A stretch of DNA of 64,000 nucleotides from Octopus sinensis (GCF_006345805.1 NC_043006.1:55180001-55244000); one strand, 5' to 3'. Positions 49,720 to 63,146 are shown, counted from the first letter of the stretch. Numbers and translations: made by a program. The notes: generated from the sequence alone by a model not told the origin.

Positions 49720-50375
49720 TTATTTGTTTATTGCCCACAAGGGTCTAAACATAAAGGGGACAAACAAGTGCGTAACTGGTCCTTAATTCATCGACCCCGA
49801 AAGGATGAAAGGCAAAGTCGACCTCGACGGAATTTGAACTCAGAACGTAGCGGTAGACGAAATACCGCTAAGCATTTCGTCCGGCGTGCTAACGTTTTTT
49901 ATTTCTTTATTGCCCACAAAGGGCTAAACAAGGACAGACAGAGGGATTAAGTCAATTACATCGACCCAGTGCGTAACTGGTATTTATAATTAGACTTTTA
50001 TTTATTCGTCTTCCCGTTATTTAAAGTGTAACTGTACCGACTTCTTTTTACAATGATAAACGTGACATCCCCGAAAGGATGAAAGGCAAAGTCGACCTCG
50101 GCGAAATTTGAACTCAGAACGTAACGGCAGACGAAATCCCTATTTCTTTACTACCCACAAGGGGCTAAACACAGGGAGGACAAACAAGGACAGACAAACG
50201 GATTAAGTCGATTATATCGACCCCAGTTTGTAACTGGTACTTATTTAATCGACCCCGAAAGGATGAAAGGCAAAGTCGACCTCGGCGGAATTTGAACTCA
50301 GAACGTAATGGCAGACGAAATACCACTAAGTATTTCGCCTGACATGCTAACGTTTCTGCCAGCACGCCGCCTTAT
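49720..50375 (-). mobile_element. trimer of Deu/Nin-like SINE nested in another SINE, 17-bp TSD
   Basis: TSD actgcctcatagtttac at 49703-49719 / 50376-50392; contains a foreign 86-bp insert at 49984-50069. Confidence 0.9.
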
Positions 50376-50790
50376 ACTGCCTCATAGTTTACGTCTACCA
50401 AATTCACTCACCGGTCATTGGTCGGCAATATTAAAAACACAATAATATTGAACCCGGAATCTACGCAGTTGCAAAGCAAGCGTCTTTAACCACACAGCCA
50501 TGCTTGCGCCAATAATGAACATAAAACAAACAAAGCTCATTGAGGTAAATAATTACGTAATTCTGATTGGAATTTATTAAACCATCCTTTTCTGCTGTTG
50601 TATCTTTTATTTAACTGATTAATTTGCCATGTAATATTTCTTCTTCCTGTTCTTTAAACCTTTGCGTTTGTATTTTGTTAGTAGTTCATTGTTCTATGTT
50701 TTTGGTTTTAATCTTCCTGATTGTAAGCATGGCATTCATTTTGTTTGTTTTCACTTTTACTGACATCCTTTGTGCTGTACTTACCATGCA

Positions 50791-50867
<77 letters not shown>

Positions 50868-51031
50868 TTATAACAATGGTGATGATGGTAATATAAGGAC
50901 ACACTGTCGATGTCATGCTAAAACTGTAACTCTAAATATTAAGTTAATCTACGCTTATATAAAAATGCTTTAAAATATATCAAACTTTTTAACATACGCA
51001 CATACACGCACGTGCACACACACACGCACGT

Positions 51032-51105
<74 letters not shown>

Positions 51106-51145
51106 ATCTATCTATCTATCTATCTATCTGTCTATCTATCTATCC

Positions 51146-51210
<65 letters not shown>

Positions 51211-53579
51211 GTAGAGGGTGAGCTAGTTATGAAGCTAGAAGAGGCAATTAGAAGCGGCATCGCATCCGACGTTTTGGCGGCGAGGTTGGCCCTCGACCAA
51301 CACTTCAACGCCAAACACGAAGAGTGTGCTGTCAGAGCTAGGATGCATGCTCTAAGGAACGAAGGTGTTGGAGCCGCGAGAGAGACCCGGGTGGCAGAGG
51401 CGCAACAGGGCAACAAAGCCACCATTCGGTCTCTGGTAGATGAACAGGGGCGCGAATTGATCGAGCCAAGTAAAATGTGTGAGGCCTTTCAACAGTATTT
51501 TTCCCGACTGTTCGAAACGAGTGGCGGGCAAGAACGTAGGGTGGACTTCACTGCCTACCTACACAGCCTACCACGACTCTCGACAAGAGAGGCAGGGTGC
51601 TGCGAAGGTGCCATCACGGCGGCGGAAGTGCAGGACTCGATGGCAGAATGCTCGAGTGACAAATCGCCGGGTTTGGATGGTCTACCCTACGAGCTTTACA
51701 GTTGTATGCCAGACTTGTTTGGAGACGTCTTGGCAGCGGTGTACTGCAACTGGCAGCAAAACGGGAGAATTCCTGGTTTTGTGAGCCGAGGAGCCGTAAC
51801 ACTGCTGAAGAAAGATCTAAACAAGGGAAATGTAATAGATAAATTTAGGCCCATCACTCTGCTTAATGCAGAGTTGAAAATTTTGGCCAAGGTGTTAGCC
51901 AAGAGGTTGGTGCTTGTCATCGAGAAACTGGTCGACAAGGCGCAAACGTGCGCCGTGCCGGGCCGGACCATCCATGACAACCTCCACCTGATGCGCTACA
52001 TAGACAGGGTAGTTAACGAACCTGGCATGGGTGGGGCGCTGATCAATTTGGATCAATCGAAAGCTTTCGATAGGGTAGACCATCGATACTTGGGGGCTGT
52101 CCTCAGAGCGGCTGGCTTCGGTCCCGTCTTCCGTGTCTGGATAGCCGCTTTGTACAGAGGCATCCGTTCGGTAATTCACGTAAATGGACATCTATCGAGA
52201 CCTTTCGACATCGCACGTTCGGTCCGTCAGGGATGCCCCCTCTCGTCGCTTCTATACGTATTGACTCTCGAGCCATTACTGCGGAAGCTGGCAACTCTGA
52301 GGGGCATCCCGCGAGAACTGGGATGCTGGACGAGCGTGTCTGCATACGCGGACGACGTCACCGTCATAGTGTCTAGCCACGAGCACATCGAGCAGGTCGG
52401 TGAGACACTGAAAAACTACGAAGCGGTGACAGGAGCGAAAATCAACCGGGAAAAGTCAGTGGGCTTGCGACTAGGCACCTGGAGAAGCAAGCCCATGCCG
52501 TCCACCAGCGCCTCCGTCGTGGGACGCTGGACTGACGGTCCGGTCTAGTTGCTTGGGGTCTGGTTCGGTCCGGACCTCCAAGTGGAGAAGAACTGGAATG
52601 AGATAACGAGTAGGGTGGTCACTCTTGCCGGCAATGGGCCGAGAGGAAACTGTCCCTAAAAGGTCGGGCGGAGGTGGCGAACACGTACATTGCGTCCGTC
52701 ATCTACTACCGCCTGACCGTCGTGCCTTGTCCCGACCCTACCATCACCAAATTAGAACGCATTCTCTTTCGCTTCTTGTGGAAAGGATGCGTCCCGATGA
52801 TCAGGCGATCCATTTGCTGTCAACACCCGTTAAAAGGAGGACTGGGCATGCCGTGGTTGATGATGCGCAGACACGCGCTGAGACTGCGACATCTCAGGCT
52901 CTTCGTAGACGACGGTGAACAGGTGTGGTCGCCGTTTGTGGGGCACGCTTTCCCGCAGCTCGTCTCTATGACCAAACTGCAGTCGTAGATCAAAAAGAGG
53001 CCGAGGAAGGGCGAATGGCACCGCGAGTGTCGCGTTGCTCTCAAGCAACTCTGCCGTCCCGGGTCGACCTTGAGTGACTCCATCACAACCAAAGCATTCT
53101 ATAGGGGATTAGTGGAGGGGAGGTACGACGACGAGCTCGGGGCGAACCTGGACGTCGACGAGGAATACCTGACTCCCCTGTTCGGGACGACTTTCGGGCC
53201 AGGGCCCATGGACAACTTCCAGAGATCCCTGGCCTGGCAGTGCTACCGAGAAGCGCTACCTGTTCGGGATAAGCTCTACAGACACGGCTCGAGAAACACG
53301 GGGCCGACCTGCCCGAGATGCGGTCAGAGCGACGAAACCGTTCTGCACGCACTCGAGGTGACCTTGGTCTTTTTTGTAGGTTTTTCTTTCCAAGGCTACA
53401 CCTAAACTGTGAACTTTATATATATATATTGCTTTTTTATACACCACACAACCCACAGATCCCTATTGATCAAACGTTTTTTTTTGTGCCCCACCCATCC
53501 CACCTCGAAACGAAAAATTCTACATTGTTTTTCGTCCATTTTTATTCTGTGTTTAGCCCTGTGTGGCTACAATAAAAAG

Positions 53580-53580
<1 letters not shown>
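51211..53580 (+). mobile_element. 5'-truncated L1/Tx1-like LINE within a (TATC)n array
   Basis: RT, degenerate C-terminus with CPRCGQSDETVLHA, T-rich 3' UTR; (TCTA)n on the left (51066-51210) and (TATC)n on the right (53581-53832). Confidence 0.92.
51229..52548 (+). pseudogene. L1/Tx1-like reverse transcriptase fragment (439 aa, then stop and frameshifts)
   Basis: KSPGLDGLPYE, FRPITLLNAELKILAK, LDQSKAFDRVDH, RQGCPLSSLLY, AYADDV, AKINREKS. Confidence 0.92.
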
Positions 53581-53645
<65 letters not shown>

Positions 53646-53663
53646 GTCTGTCCGACTGTCTGG

Positions 53664-53753
<90 letters not shown>

Positions 53754-53795
53754 GTCTGTCTGTCTGTCTGTCCGTCTGTCTACCTACCTACCTAC

Positions 53796-53832
<37 letters not shown>

Positions 53833-53833
<1 letters not shown>

Positions 53834-54016
53834 TTTTTCTTTTCCCCCTTTTTTCCTTTTTTTCTTCTTTTTTCTTTTCTTTTGTTTGTTTCCTTTTTTT
53901 TCTTCTTTCCCTTTTGATCGAAAACCTACCTCACTTTTTTTTTTTCCAAAAAAGAAAAGCTCTACTTTGTAATCTGTCCCGTCTGTGTGCAGCCCTGTGT
54001 GGCTAATAAAGAAACA
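53833..54016 (+). mobile_element. second, related Tx1-like 3' UTR fragment ending in (TATC)n
   Basis: agccctgtgtggctaataaagaaac parallels agccctgtgtggctacaataaaaag at 53555-53579; followed by tatctatctatctatc. Confidence 0.7.
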
Positions 54017-54955
54017 TATCTATCTATCTATCTCTGTATCTAACTGTAGGTTACTGAAAATTTTCTCGATAATATTTTTGATTTCATTTCTAACAAGCAT
54101 CTATTGCTTCTATAATTGCAGCAACGTTCAAGATGTTTGATATGACAATTTTTCTGTACTTAATATTTCTAACTTTGTATTTCTAACTTTGCTTGCAGAA
54201 TTGTTTTTATACACCGAGCAAGCTATTTTAATTAGCATACAAAACTCGAATATTTTGTTTTCTACATTAATATCAATGTTTCTTTTTCCAAATCTTCATT
54301 TGTATATTTTTGCATATCACAAGTAAATACGATATTATTATTTTCTCTTTTTAGTTTGACTACATTCTCTGATCTGTAGCAATACTATCTATCGATCGTT
54401 AGAACCTTATTGCCTATATATATATATGTTTTTCCAGTGGAAAGAGAAAATGCTGTTTATCTATGTCTCTCGATTTCTTCAGATATGTCTACAGTAGGCA
54501 AGTAGGCCAACTTAATGATTTCGTCAGACTAAGTCTAATTGATCAAACTTAATATTCTGTTTAAGAAAATGGTCTTTGTAGTGCGTAGTTAGTTCATGTT
54601 GGCCTTTAGCTTTCATTATTATGCTTTTCATTTCTGTATTTATTTGTTGTTTTTGTGCTTAAGAACGGCTCAGATCGAGCAAAATGAATCTGCGATTGAT
54701 TGTTGTGAGTCATAGATCAGCCGGTTGGAAATCTATAAGAAGTGATGCCGTTGTTTACAAATTCATGATAAAAGAACAAAACAAAATAAAACAAAATAAA
54801 AAGAACATGGCCACGCAATTTCGGGTTCAGTTTCACTGCGCGACACACTGGGAAATTGTCTTCTGTCATAACTTTGTGCTTTGTGAGTTAATTTCGTAGA
54901 CGGAAACAGCATGGAACTCCAATGTGTACACACACACACTCATGTATATATATAC

Positions 54956-55019
<64 letters not shown>

Positions 55020-55278
55020 GTGTGTATGTGTGCGCGTGTGTGTATGTGCGTGTGTGTACGTGTGTGCATGTATGTGTGTGCGTTTGTGTCCTGAGCGTGT
55101 GACAACCGGTGTTTGCGTGTAAGTTAGTCCTCTTCGGATATATAAGGATATTTTCCCCCTCTGATTCAGAGGAGATAACCCGTCCTCATTAAGGTTTTTT
55201 TTTGTTAAGACGTATTTCTCGAGTTCTGAGGGTTTCCTCACGTCTGCGACGTAGATATTTTAAATTTTGTATTCATAT

Positions 55279-55338
55279 AGAGTCTGACGAGCTGTCCACA
55301 AGGCTTTACTTTGTGGAGGCGAAACCTTGGGTAACTCT
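55279..55338 (+). ncRNA. type I hammerhead ribozyme, canonical core
   Basis: Stem I agagt/actct, CTGACGA, stem II gc...gc extended by tccacaa/ttgtgga, GAAA, stem III ACC/GGT with TTG loop, predicted cleavage after GTA at 55333. Confidence 0.8.
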
Positions 55339-55421
55339 TTGCGCATGATATAAAAATTTTTGTTGTAATAATTACTGCTCTATTCTTTAGAGTGTTTCTT
55401 TCTGATATGTTTTTTTTATAT

Positions 55422-55484
<63 letters not shown>

Positions 55485-55707
55485 GCTATGATGTTGTTGG
55501 TAAAGCATGTTTTTTGTCGATATCCTTATCCTCTTGGAGATTTTGGGTAAAATTATACTAATGTGTCCTTCTAATTTAATTAAATTCTGTCTTTGTGCAG
55601 CTGAAGATTGCTCTACATTTTAAATTGATGTAATGAAATGATTGTATTGTTCAATTATATGGAGTTGCACGAAATGATCGCACTGCATTACCTTGTTGCT
55701 TATTTTG

Positions 55708-55769
<62 letters not shown>

Positions 55770-56329
55770 CGCGTGTGTATTATTAAGAAACAAATCCTTT
55801 TCAGGTCTGTATACATCGTCTGGTTGACTAGTCGATGTTAATTGGCTACTTAAAGATTTCATGACTGAGTACCTGTATAGATGAGTCTTCCATTAATAAT
55901 CTGGCAACTAAACTGGGATTCGTTTCGTTTTCAGTTTGTACTTATTTTTGCCTCTTAAATTCGTTTCGTTCGTTTTACAAATACATAATCTTCCATGGTA
56001 GCTGATACTATATAATTCTGAATTGATTTATTGTAGTTCAGTCTAGAGCTTATAGTCTGTCTCACTTGCAGTTGTCTTATCTGCCACTATTCTTATGTAA
56101 AATTCTTTGAATATAACTTTTGTAAAAATTTTATAGTGTGCTTATTGTGGATTTACAGATATATCGTGGTCCCCTAGAACGATTATTTTAGATCCGATGA
56201 AAAGGTAAAACTGGTGGTGAAAAGACATTGAAAGATGTACGATTTCGTTGAAGTCTTAGTTGGCTTAACATTGTCTTTAATACGTAGTGAAAAATTTGCC
56301 TATAATAAACTTAGAAGGATATTTTATAA

Positions 56330-57830
56330 ATAAATATTGCTCTTTTGCTGAAAAAGTATGTGGTCGGTGAAGAGTGCAGGAGGGTAATTCTTGAACTGGA
56401 GAAAAAAAACTCAACCAAATCTAGATCATTTTCAGTAATTTGCTAAACATTCAAAGTAAATTGCTTTTGCTAGTTTTATTGTATCGAATAAAACTATGTT
56501 GAAGAAAATCTTTTACTAGCAGAGAATATCTCAAAAGATACGTTTTCAAATATTGCTGAGCAGGAGAGATTTCACGACTTTAATTGAAATAATTAATTAA
56601 AGTAATATCTTTGATCTTAGAGGAATTTCTTTATCATATTAATTGATATAATTAATAAGATCAAAGAAATTCTTCTTTCGGCAAGAATAATCAAAGGAAG
56701 AGCTGTTGATATGGCATTCAATTTTCAATAGAAAATCAAAGATTTTAATTCTGCTCCAATATATTCAATTAACTGTGATGAGTTATCTGATGTAAATAAT
56801 ATCCAAAAGATCTCATTGTAGAATCCTAAACAAAGAACTGATTCACAGGAAGAATTGATTGCAATGATATCACTTAAAGAAAAGGCGAAGATATATTTTG
56901 TCAGGCTGTTTTGAATTGTTAAAAAAAAAAAAAAAAGAAATCAACTTTTAAAAATTCGTTTCAGTAGCAACAGAATCACAAAGTATGAATAGAATAAAGA
57001 AAGGTTTTGTATCTCCACTGATGGATTCATTTGATCAAAAATGATCTCTTTTTCTCTTTACCATTTATCAAGAAGCGCTCTGCGTTCGAACTTTTCAAAT
57101 GCGAGGAAATTGAGAATTGCGTACCCAAAATTGTAAGCAATATAATGGCAAGAGCCCCAAAGTACCTACAACTCCGTGAATTACCAGCAGTTGACTGAGG
57201 GCTAAATTAATAATGTTTAACAAAAATATCGTTAAATACAATCTATTTTACCTCGTTTAGAAACTTCAAGGTTAGAAGAAATATCACAAATAAATGTTAT
57301 TTACAGCAAACCATCATATACATGCAAAACGAATTCATTAAAAAGTTTATAGATGTTCCAATAGAAATCGTACTTTAAGTGCTTATATAGCATATATAGT
57401 CAGTTTGACCGTGTTGTTGATATGAAAATAGCCAATATGAATGGTAAAGAATTGTGGGCATCAAAAGAAACAAAACAAAACTAAACTAAAAAATTTACGA
57501 AAAGAACGCAAAGAAATCTATCGTCAGAAAGCCAAGACTTGCAGAAAATCATAAATGGGCCGAAATTCAAACAACACCTGAAAATCCTAATATATTCGAT
57601 ATTTGGAATTAAATTTCAGATAATGAAATCCTGAAAAAATTTGCATTCACTATTACATCAATTTTCAGATCAACGTATTTGAGCGAACAATTTTTTGTGT
57701 ATGTCAAATCAAATCAAAGTATCGTACAAAACTGCCTGATAAAAGCCTGGCGTTAAAATAAAATCTATGACTTATGATCCAGACATTAAAGTAATTTGAG
57801 ATAAGATTCAAAGTCAAAAGTTCGATTTCC
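56330..57830 (+). mobile_element. hAT (Charlie/GTF2IRD2-like) transposase remnant
   Basis: Decayed SARIIKGRAVDMA..IYSINCDELSDVNN, EELIAMISL and C-terminal SIFRSTYLSEQFF...KYRTKL...YDPDIK (hATC-like). Confidence 0.75.
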
Positions 57831-58096
57831 ACTCATTTACTTATTTAAATGAGTGTGTTAAATAATAAAGCACTAAAAGAGAATGACTCTCCCCAGACAC
57901 AATAAAAATGCTTCAACACACAAATTCACACAAAGAATCTTGCAAACCAAATACAATATATACATAATTAAAATCAAAATAAGGGTAAAAAAATTGGATA
58001 TTAATTTAATAACATCAATTTAACACCAAGTGGTTTAGCGCATAAAAAACAGATTCTCTCTCATATTTGTGTATATATATATGTATATATATATAC

Positions 58097-58145
<49 letters not shown>

Positions 58146-58197
58146 TACATATATATATATACATTATATATATACATATATATACATATATATATAC

Positions 58198-58268
<71 letters not shown>

Positions 58269-59095
58269 TATATACATATATATATATACATGTATATATA
58301 TATATATATATATCAGTTAGCTGACAGAACCTTCCATTCGTCGCACAAAAATCCTTGCTGTGTTTCTTCCCGCTCTTTATGTCCTGCATCCTTTCATTCT
58401 TTTGGCGTCGATAAAATAAAGTACTAGTCAAATACTTGGGTCAATGACATTGGCTAACTCCGCCCCACAAAAATATAGACCGTGTGTTTAAATCAGAAGC
58501 CATTATTTTTAATATCTTTCACCCGAATACAGCCTTTCATATGGAAAAGTTTTTCAGCTCCTGTTTTAAATGCTTGACTAAAGTGGAACTTATTATACGA
58601 TGTTTTAGTTAGAGGTTACAATTTAATCTGTATCTTATGTGATAGTCGGTGCAGTACACTGTATCAACTCCCAAGCAGTATTTCTTAAAATGTTTTTGTC
58701 CCACGCCACCGTCCATTAAAAAAAACAAAAACATGCACCCCAACTTGAACGAGTATGTAGTATGTAGTATGTAGAACACACACGCACACACACACACACA
58801 CAGACACACACGCACACGTAAATGTAATTTCGATTTAGTTGAATTAGGTAGTTAAATTGAGGTACCTTTTTAAGGCGAACTTATTTGCGCACCCAAACAA
58901 TATTAGGTGATTATCAAACTCCACATAGAATTTTTTCACCCAATATTCATGCAGTGTATGCAGATGGCACGATCCAATTTATAAATCTGCTCTTTGTACT
59001 TTATATAAAGATACTTTCCAAATACTTCCGAAGAGCAGGTTCCAGAGTAGGTGAGTAAAATATAAATGAATAACAAAGATGTATAAGCATCAATA

Positions 59096-59176
59096 CATTA
59101 CGGCCGTTTCGAGCGATTCCTTTAATTGATCAATGAAAGCATGACATCATTACAAAAAACCGTTCTCATCAGATGC
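59096..59176 (-). ncRNA. minimal type I hammerhead ribozyme
   Basis: Minus strand gcat-CTGATGA-gaac...gctc-GAAA-CGGCCG-TA-atgt; palindromic stem III ACGGCCGT. Confidence 0.65.
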
Positions 59177-59538
59177 CCGCTTATACCTCAAGCATAAAGG
59201 AAAAGTCAGCTATTTAAACATATTCATATCATCAATAGAAAGCAAATATTTACAATGATTCCGCTGTTAAGTTATTTTGCTGCCAAAATATTTGCTCTCT
59301 ACTGATATCTAAATTGTCCTTTATGCTTGCAATAGATAGATATGTAGTGCACTACATTTCTCCACTCTTGGTTTTCAGCTAATTTCTTTCTTTCTCCTCC
59401 TTCTCTTTCTCTAAATTGCATTTGACGTTAAATCTATTAACGTTTTTTTAAAAAATAAATTGTCAGCGTTCCCTTCATTATATACGCAGTTATCACATTG
59501 GGTTAAAATGGCTTATTGATGTATTTTGTTTCTCTTTC

Positions 59539-59626
59539 TTTCCCTGATGAGAAGATCGTATTGTTTCACATCATTTTATTCCCTCTGGAATAGTACCAAT
59601 GTTTTCTTCGAAACATATGTTGGAAG
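59539..59626 (+). ncRNA. minimal type I hammerhead ribozyme, canonical core
   Basis: Stem I tttcc/ggaag, CTGATGA at 59544-59550, stem II gaaga/tcttc, GAAA at 59610-59613, palindromic stem III ACATATGT, GTT triplet with predicted cleavage after 59621. Confidence 0.8.
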
Positions 59627-59684
59627 TATAAAGATTTCAATAACACTCGTGTTTAACTCCATTCTTTAGTTACACACTCACACA

Positions 59685-59743
<59 letters not shown>

Positions 59744-60499
59744 TTATATACACAAATATAAATATATATATACACGCATATATATATATATATATATATA
59801 TAAGTATATGTATATACATATATATATATATTATCCCACATGGGTAGAAATATAGAAAAAATTAAGTTGAAAATGCAAAAGTGAGTGTTTTAGACGGTTT
59901 ATCTTTAAAGGTTAACGAATTCACAGATTTTTCTGCTTTTCAAAAGTTATACCAGATAGAAACTTGTGGGACTATGCCGTGTCTGTCTTTCTTCCAACTG
60001 AAGTTCGAAAATTCTCTTGCTTTTATGGAGAGAAGATGGCTCAAAATAGTATCTGTTTAGGATACAGTTTGATTGGCAGAGGATGATCACATGATTCGAC
60101 TCAGAAGTTTTTGTAAGTTCCCCGCTACGTTCGTGCATTAATGTCATGTGACAATATTTTTTGCGCCGTAAGTTAAGACTAACACGGTTGAGTGAACATG
60201 TCTAGTGACAGTCTCCTAACAAGTAGGGCTCTCTAAATTTAATATGTCAAGTTAGAGAATTGGTTGCTATTATTGAAGTAGGTAGGCTTTCTAAAGCACA
60301 TGGTATTAGTATATGGCGGGTTAGAGTAGAGTCCAGGTGGATAGTGCGTAGGGCCAACAATAAGGCTGCTAAGCTTGCGCCTATTGGAAATAACAACGCT
60401 GGTGCCAATGCCCTTAGTACTTACAACTCTAACATGTGACAGCACTGACGTTATCTCCCAGCCCCATACTAGCAACGACAATACTACTGGTCCCCCCCC

Positions 60500-60902
60500 C
60501 TCGAGGATAACTGATCATATGAATCAGCTTAGAGTATATAATGTCATATATAAAAAGCCGAGTAACCAAGATAAAGTCTACATTGGTGGTACGATTGATT
60601 TCAAGCGTCGCTACCGGGTTCACTTGGATTCATTCTCAAATAGAACCTCTAAATTCTCTACCTTCCTAGCTACATACATACACCACCACAAGTCCCAGAA
60701 TATTCTTTATACGTTGTCCGTGTCCGTAGTTTGTGTGACTTTTCCGTACAATACTATCTACCGCGTTTGTAAGTTGTGTTGCAGGGAATCAATCGCTATT
60801 TTTTGCCATCATAATACCTCGTTACTCAATAGGTTCTCTGACGTAATCTCGTGTAAGCACACATTCTATTCCACTTTTGCCTATAACCTAAAGTATTTAT
60901 GA
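60500..60902 (+). mobile_element. PLE GIY-YIG endonuclease remnant (Naiad-like)
   Basis: ORF 60375-60902: NVIYK...KVYIGGTIDFKRRYRVHLDSF...STFLATYI...YN...VCKLCCRESIAI...LLNRFSDVISCKH. Confidence 0.8.
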
Positions 60903-61489
60903 GTTCTTCTAATTGTATTTAAGCCCTTACTTATTACTTAGCTGTACTGCCAGCAGCATTTTCTTTCTCCATTCTCCTTGTACCATTTTCTTCCTATCTC
61001 AGCATACTTTCCTCCTCCGATACCCCACTCCTACTACTTTCATTCATTGCTTATCTCTTCCAGTCTCTCTATTTGCTCAGCTGCCGTCTATAACTGATTT
61101 ATTGTCTGCTTAGTGACGCTTCCTTTCTCCAAACTGACAAAGTAACCTTCTCCTCTCCTATCTCTCTTTCATTTATTCTACCTCTGTTCATTCCCCACAT
61201 GTCAGCGCAATTCCCTTTCCGCTCTCTGCTTTTCAATTCTTTTCTGCCTCTGCCTTTTCTTCCTACTTCACAGATATCCTCTTCCTTCTCCCTGCATTTT
61301 GTTCTTATTTTTCCTCTCTTTCAACGATTTAAATCTCTAGCGCTACTATATGAACTGCTTTGTCAACCTTCTCTAAATGAAGGGAGTCGAACTTCTTGTA
61401 ATAACCTCGGGTGACTGTTTACTGTTTGCATACCTGAGATCTTTTGTGCATTCAATTTTAATTGAAACTACAGCTAAGAAAATATGAAA

Positions 61490-61952
61490 GAAGGTTCGAA
61501 AATGCAATTTTAAAGATGTTTATTGACTCGACCGGTTTCAATTTTTTCGAAAAAGATTGTCAAAAGTAAAATGTACAGCTTTGTATATGCTTTGCTGTAA
61601 GTACTGGTTGTCACGAAAGTATTAAAATACAGTTATACATTCTTTGATAATAATAAGAGAATGTTAAAAACAGCTTACAAGAAAGTATTTAAGAAATTAT
61701 TCAGAACGGGATTACAAAAAATATTATGACTTCACTATTGAATAATTTCTTAAACACTTTCTTGTAAGCTGTTTTTAACATTCTCTTATTATTATCAAAG
61801 AATGTATAATTGTATTTTAATACTTTCGTGACAACCAGTACTTACAGCAAAGCATATACAAAGCTGTACATTTTACTTTTGACAATCTTTATCGAAAACA
61901 TTGAAACCGGTCAAGTCAATAAACATCTTTAAAATTGCATTTTCAAACCTTC
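61490..61952. repeat. near-perfect inverted repeat (about 214-bp arms) with decayed mirror hammerhead-like motifs
   Basis: Arms 61490-61703 and 61739-61952; actt-TTGACAA...GAAAC-CG-GTC-aagt at 61875-61916, with its mirror in the left arm. Confidence 0.95.
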
Positions 61953-62039
61953 AATCATATATATTTCCACTCGTGCGGTACCTTACAACTTTACTTTGTT
62001 ATATATATATATATATATATATACATTTACACACACACA

Positions 62040-62084
<45 letters not shown>

Positions 62085-63040
62085 TATATATATATATATA
62101 CATACATATATTTATATATACATTTATATATACGAGGAAAAGTAAAAAATTATCCGCATTTTCGCCATAGCAAGGGCGTTAGAAAGAAATCTTCGAGCCT
62201 ATATGCTGAAAATAGACACTAAATCATCTCACCACTAAAGAGGACACAAGCATGTGTTGAATTCGACGCAACAAACCAACAGCAGTTATTAATAAAATAG
62301 ATAGCCTTGGATTAGGTAATTTCTGGATCTACCTCATGGCTTTTCCTTCATCAGCAGGATATACACAGGAAATAAATACTAGAAATTTTAATTAAAATCT
62401 TACTAAAGTTTTCTTCGCTGTAATTCCATACCTCATCAAAAAAATTTTTGTTATGTCCCAACGATGGGGCAATGGGGCATGCGACCCACGTTGGGAAACA
62501 CTGCTATAAAACAGTTGACAGAATATTTAATCGAGAAATTGGCAAATATGTGCATTTAGCCTAAATCATAAATGTTGCTTCTCTTTTCTTGGTGAAAAGA
62601 TTTCGCGCACTAATCACGTCAGTTTACTTCACATCTAACCACAGTTAGAATATATTCATTGCTTTTAATTATCGAATACAGGAAATAAATAAAAAAGCTC
62701 TGCTCGATGTTTGAAATCGATCTGGAAATCTAGCCAGAAAAACTTTATACAATATATAAGAAACCCAATTAAGTTTAAGTCACTGTGAATTTCAAATCAT
62801 TCTGTTTTGTTTTGTATGCATTTCAGTTTTTCTATAAATTATGTATTTGTTAGTGTATATTATAATAATGTTCAGTCAGATTAAATACTCTTTATCGGAA
62901 AATATATTGAATTCTATTGCTGTTCTATTAGTGCTTACTAAGTTTTTAGTAGATTGTTAGTGGGTGGTTACAATTTCTGCTAATGGGTCCTGCCGTTCAT
63001 ATACATATGCACCCATCTGTCTGTTTGTCTGTACATCTTG

Positions 63041-63146
<106 letters not shown>

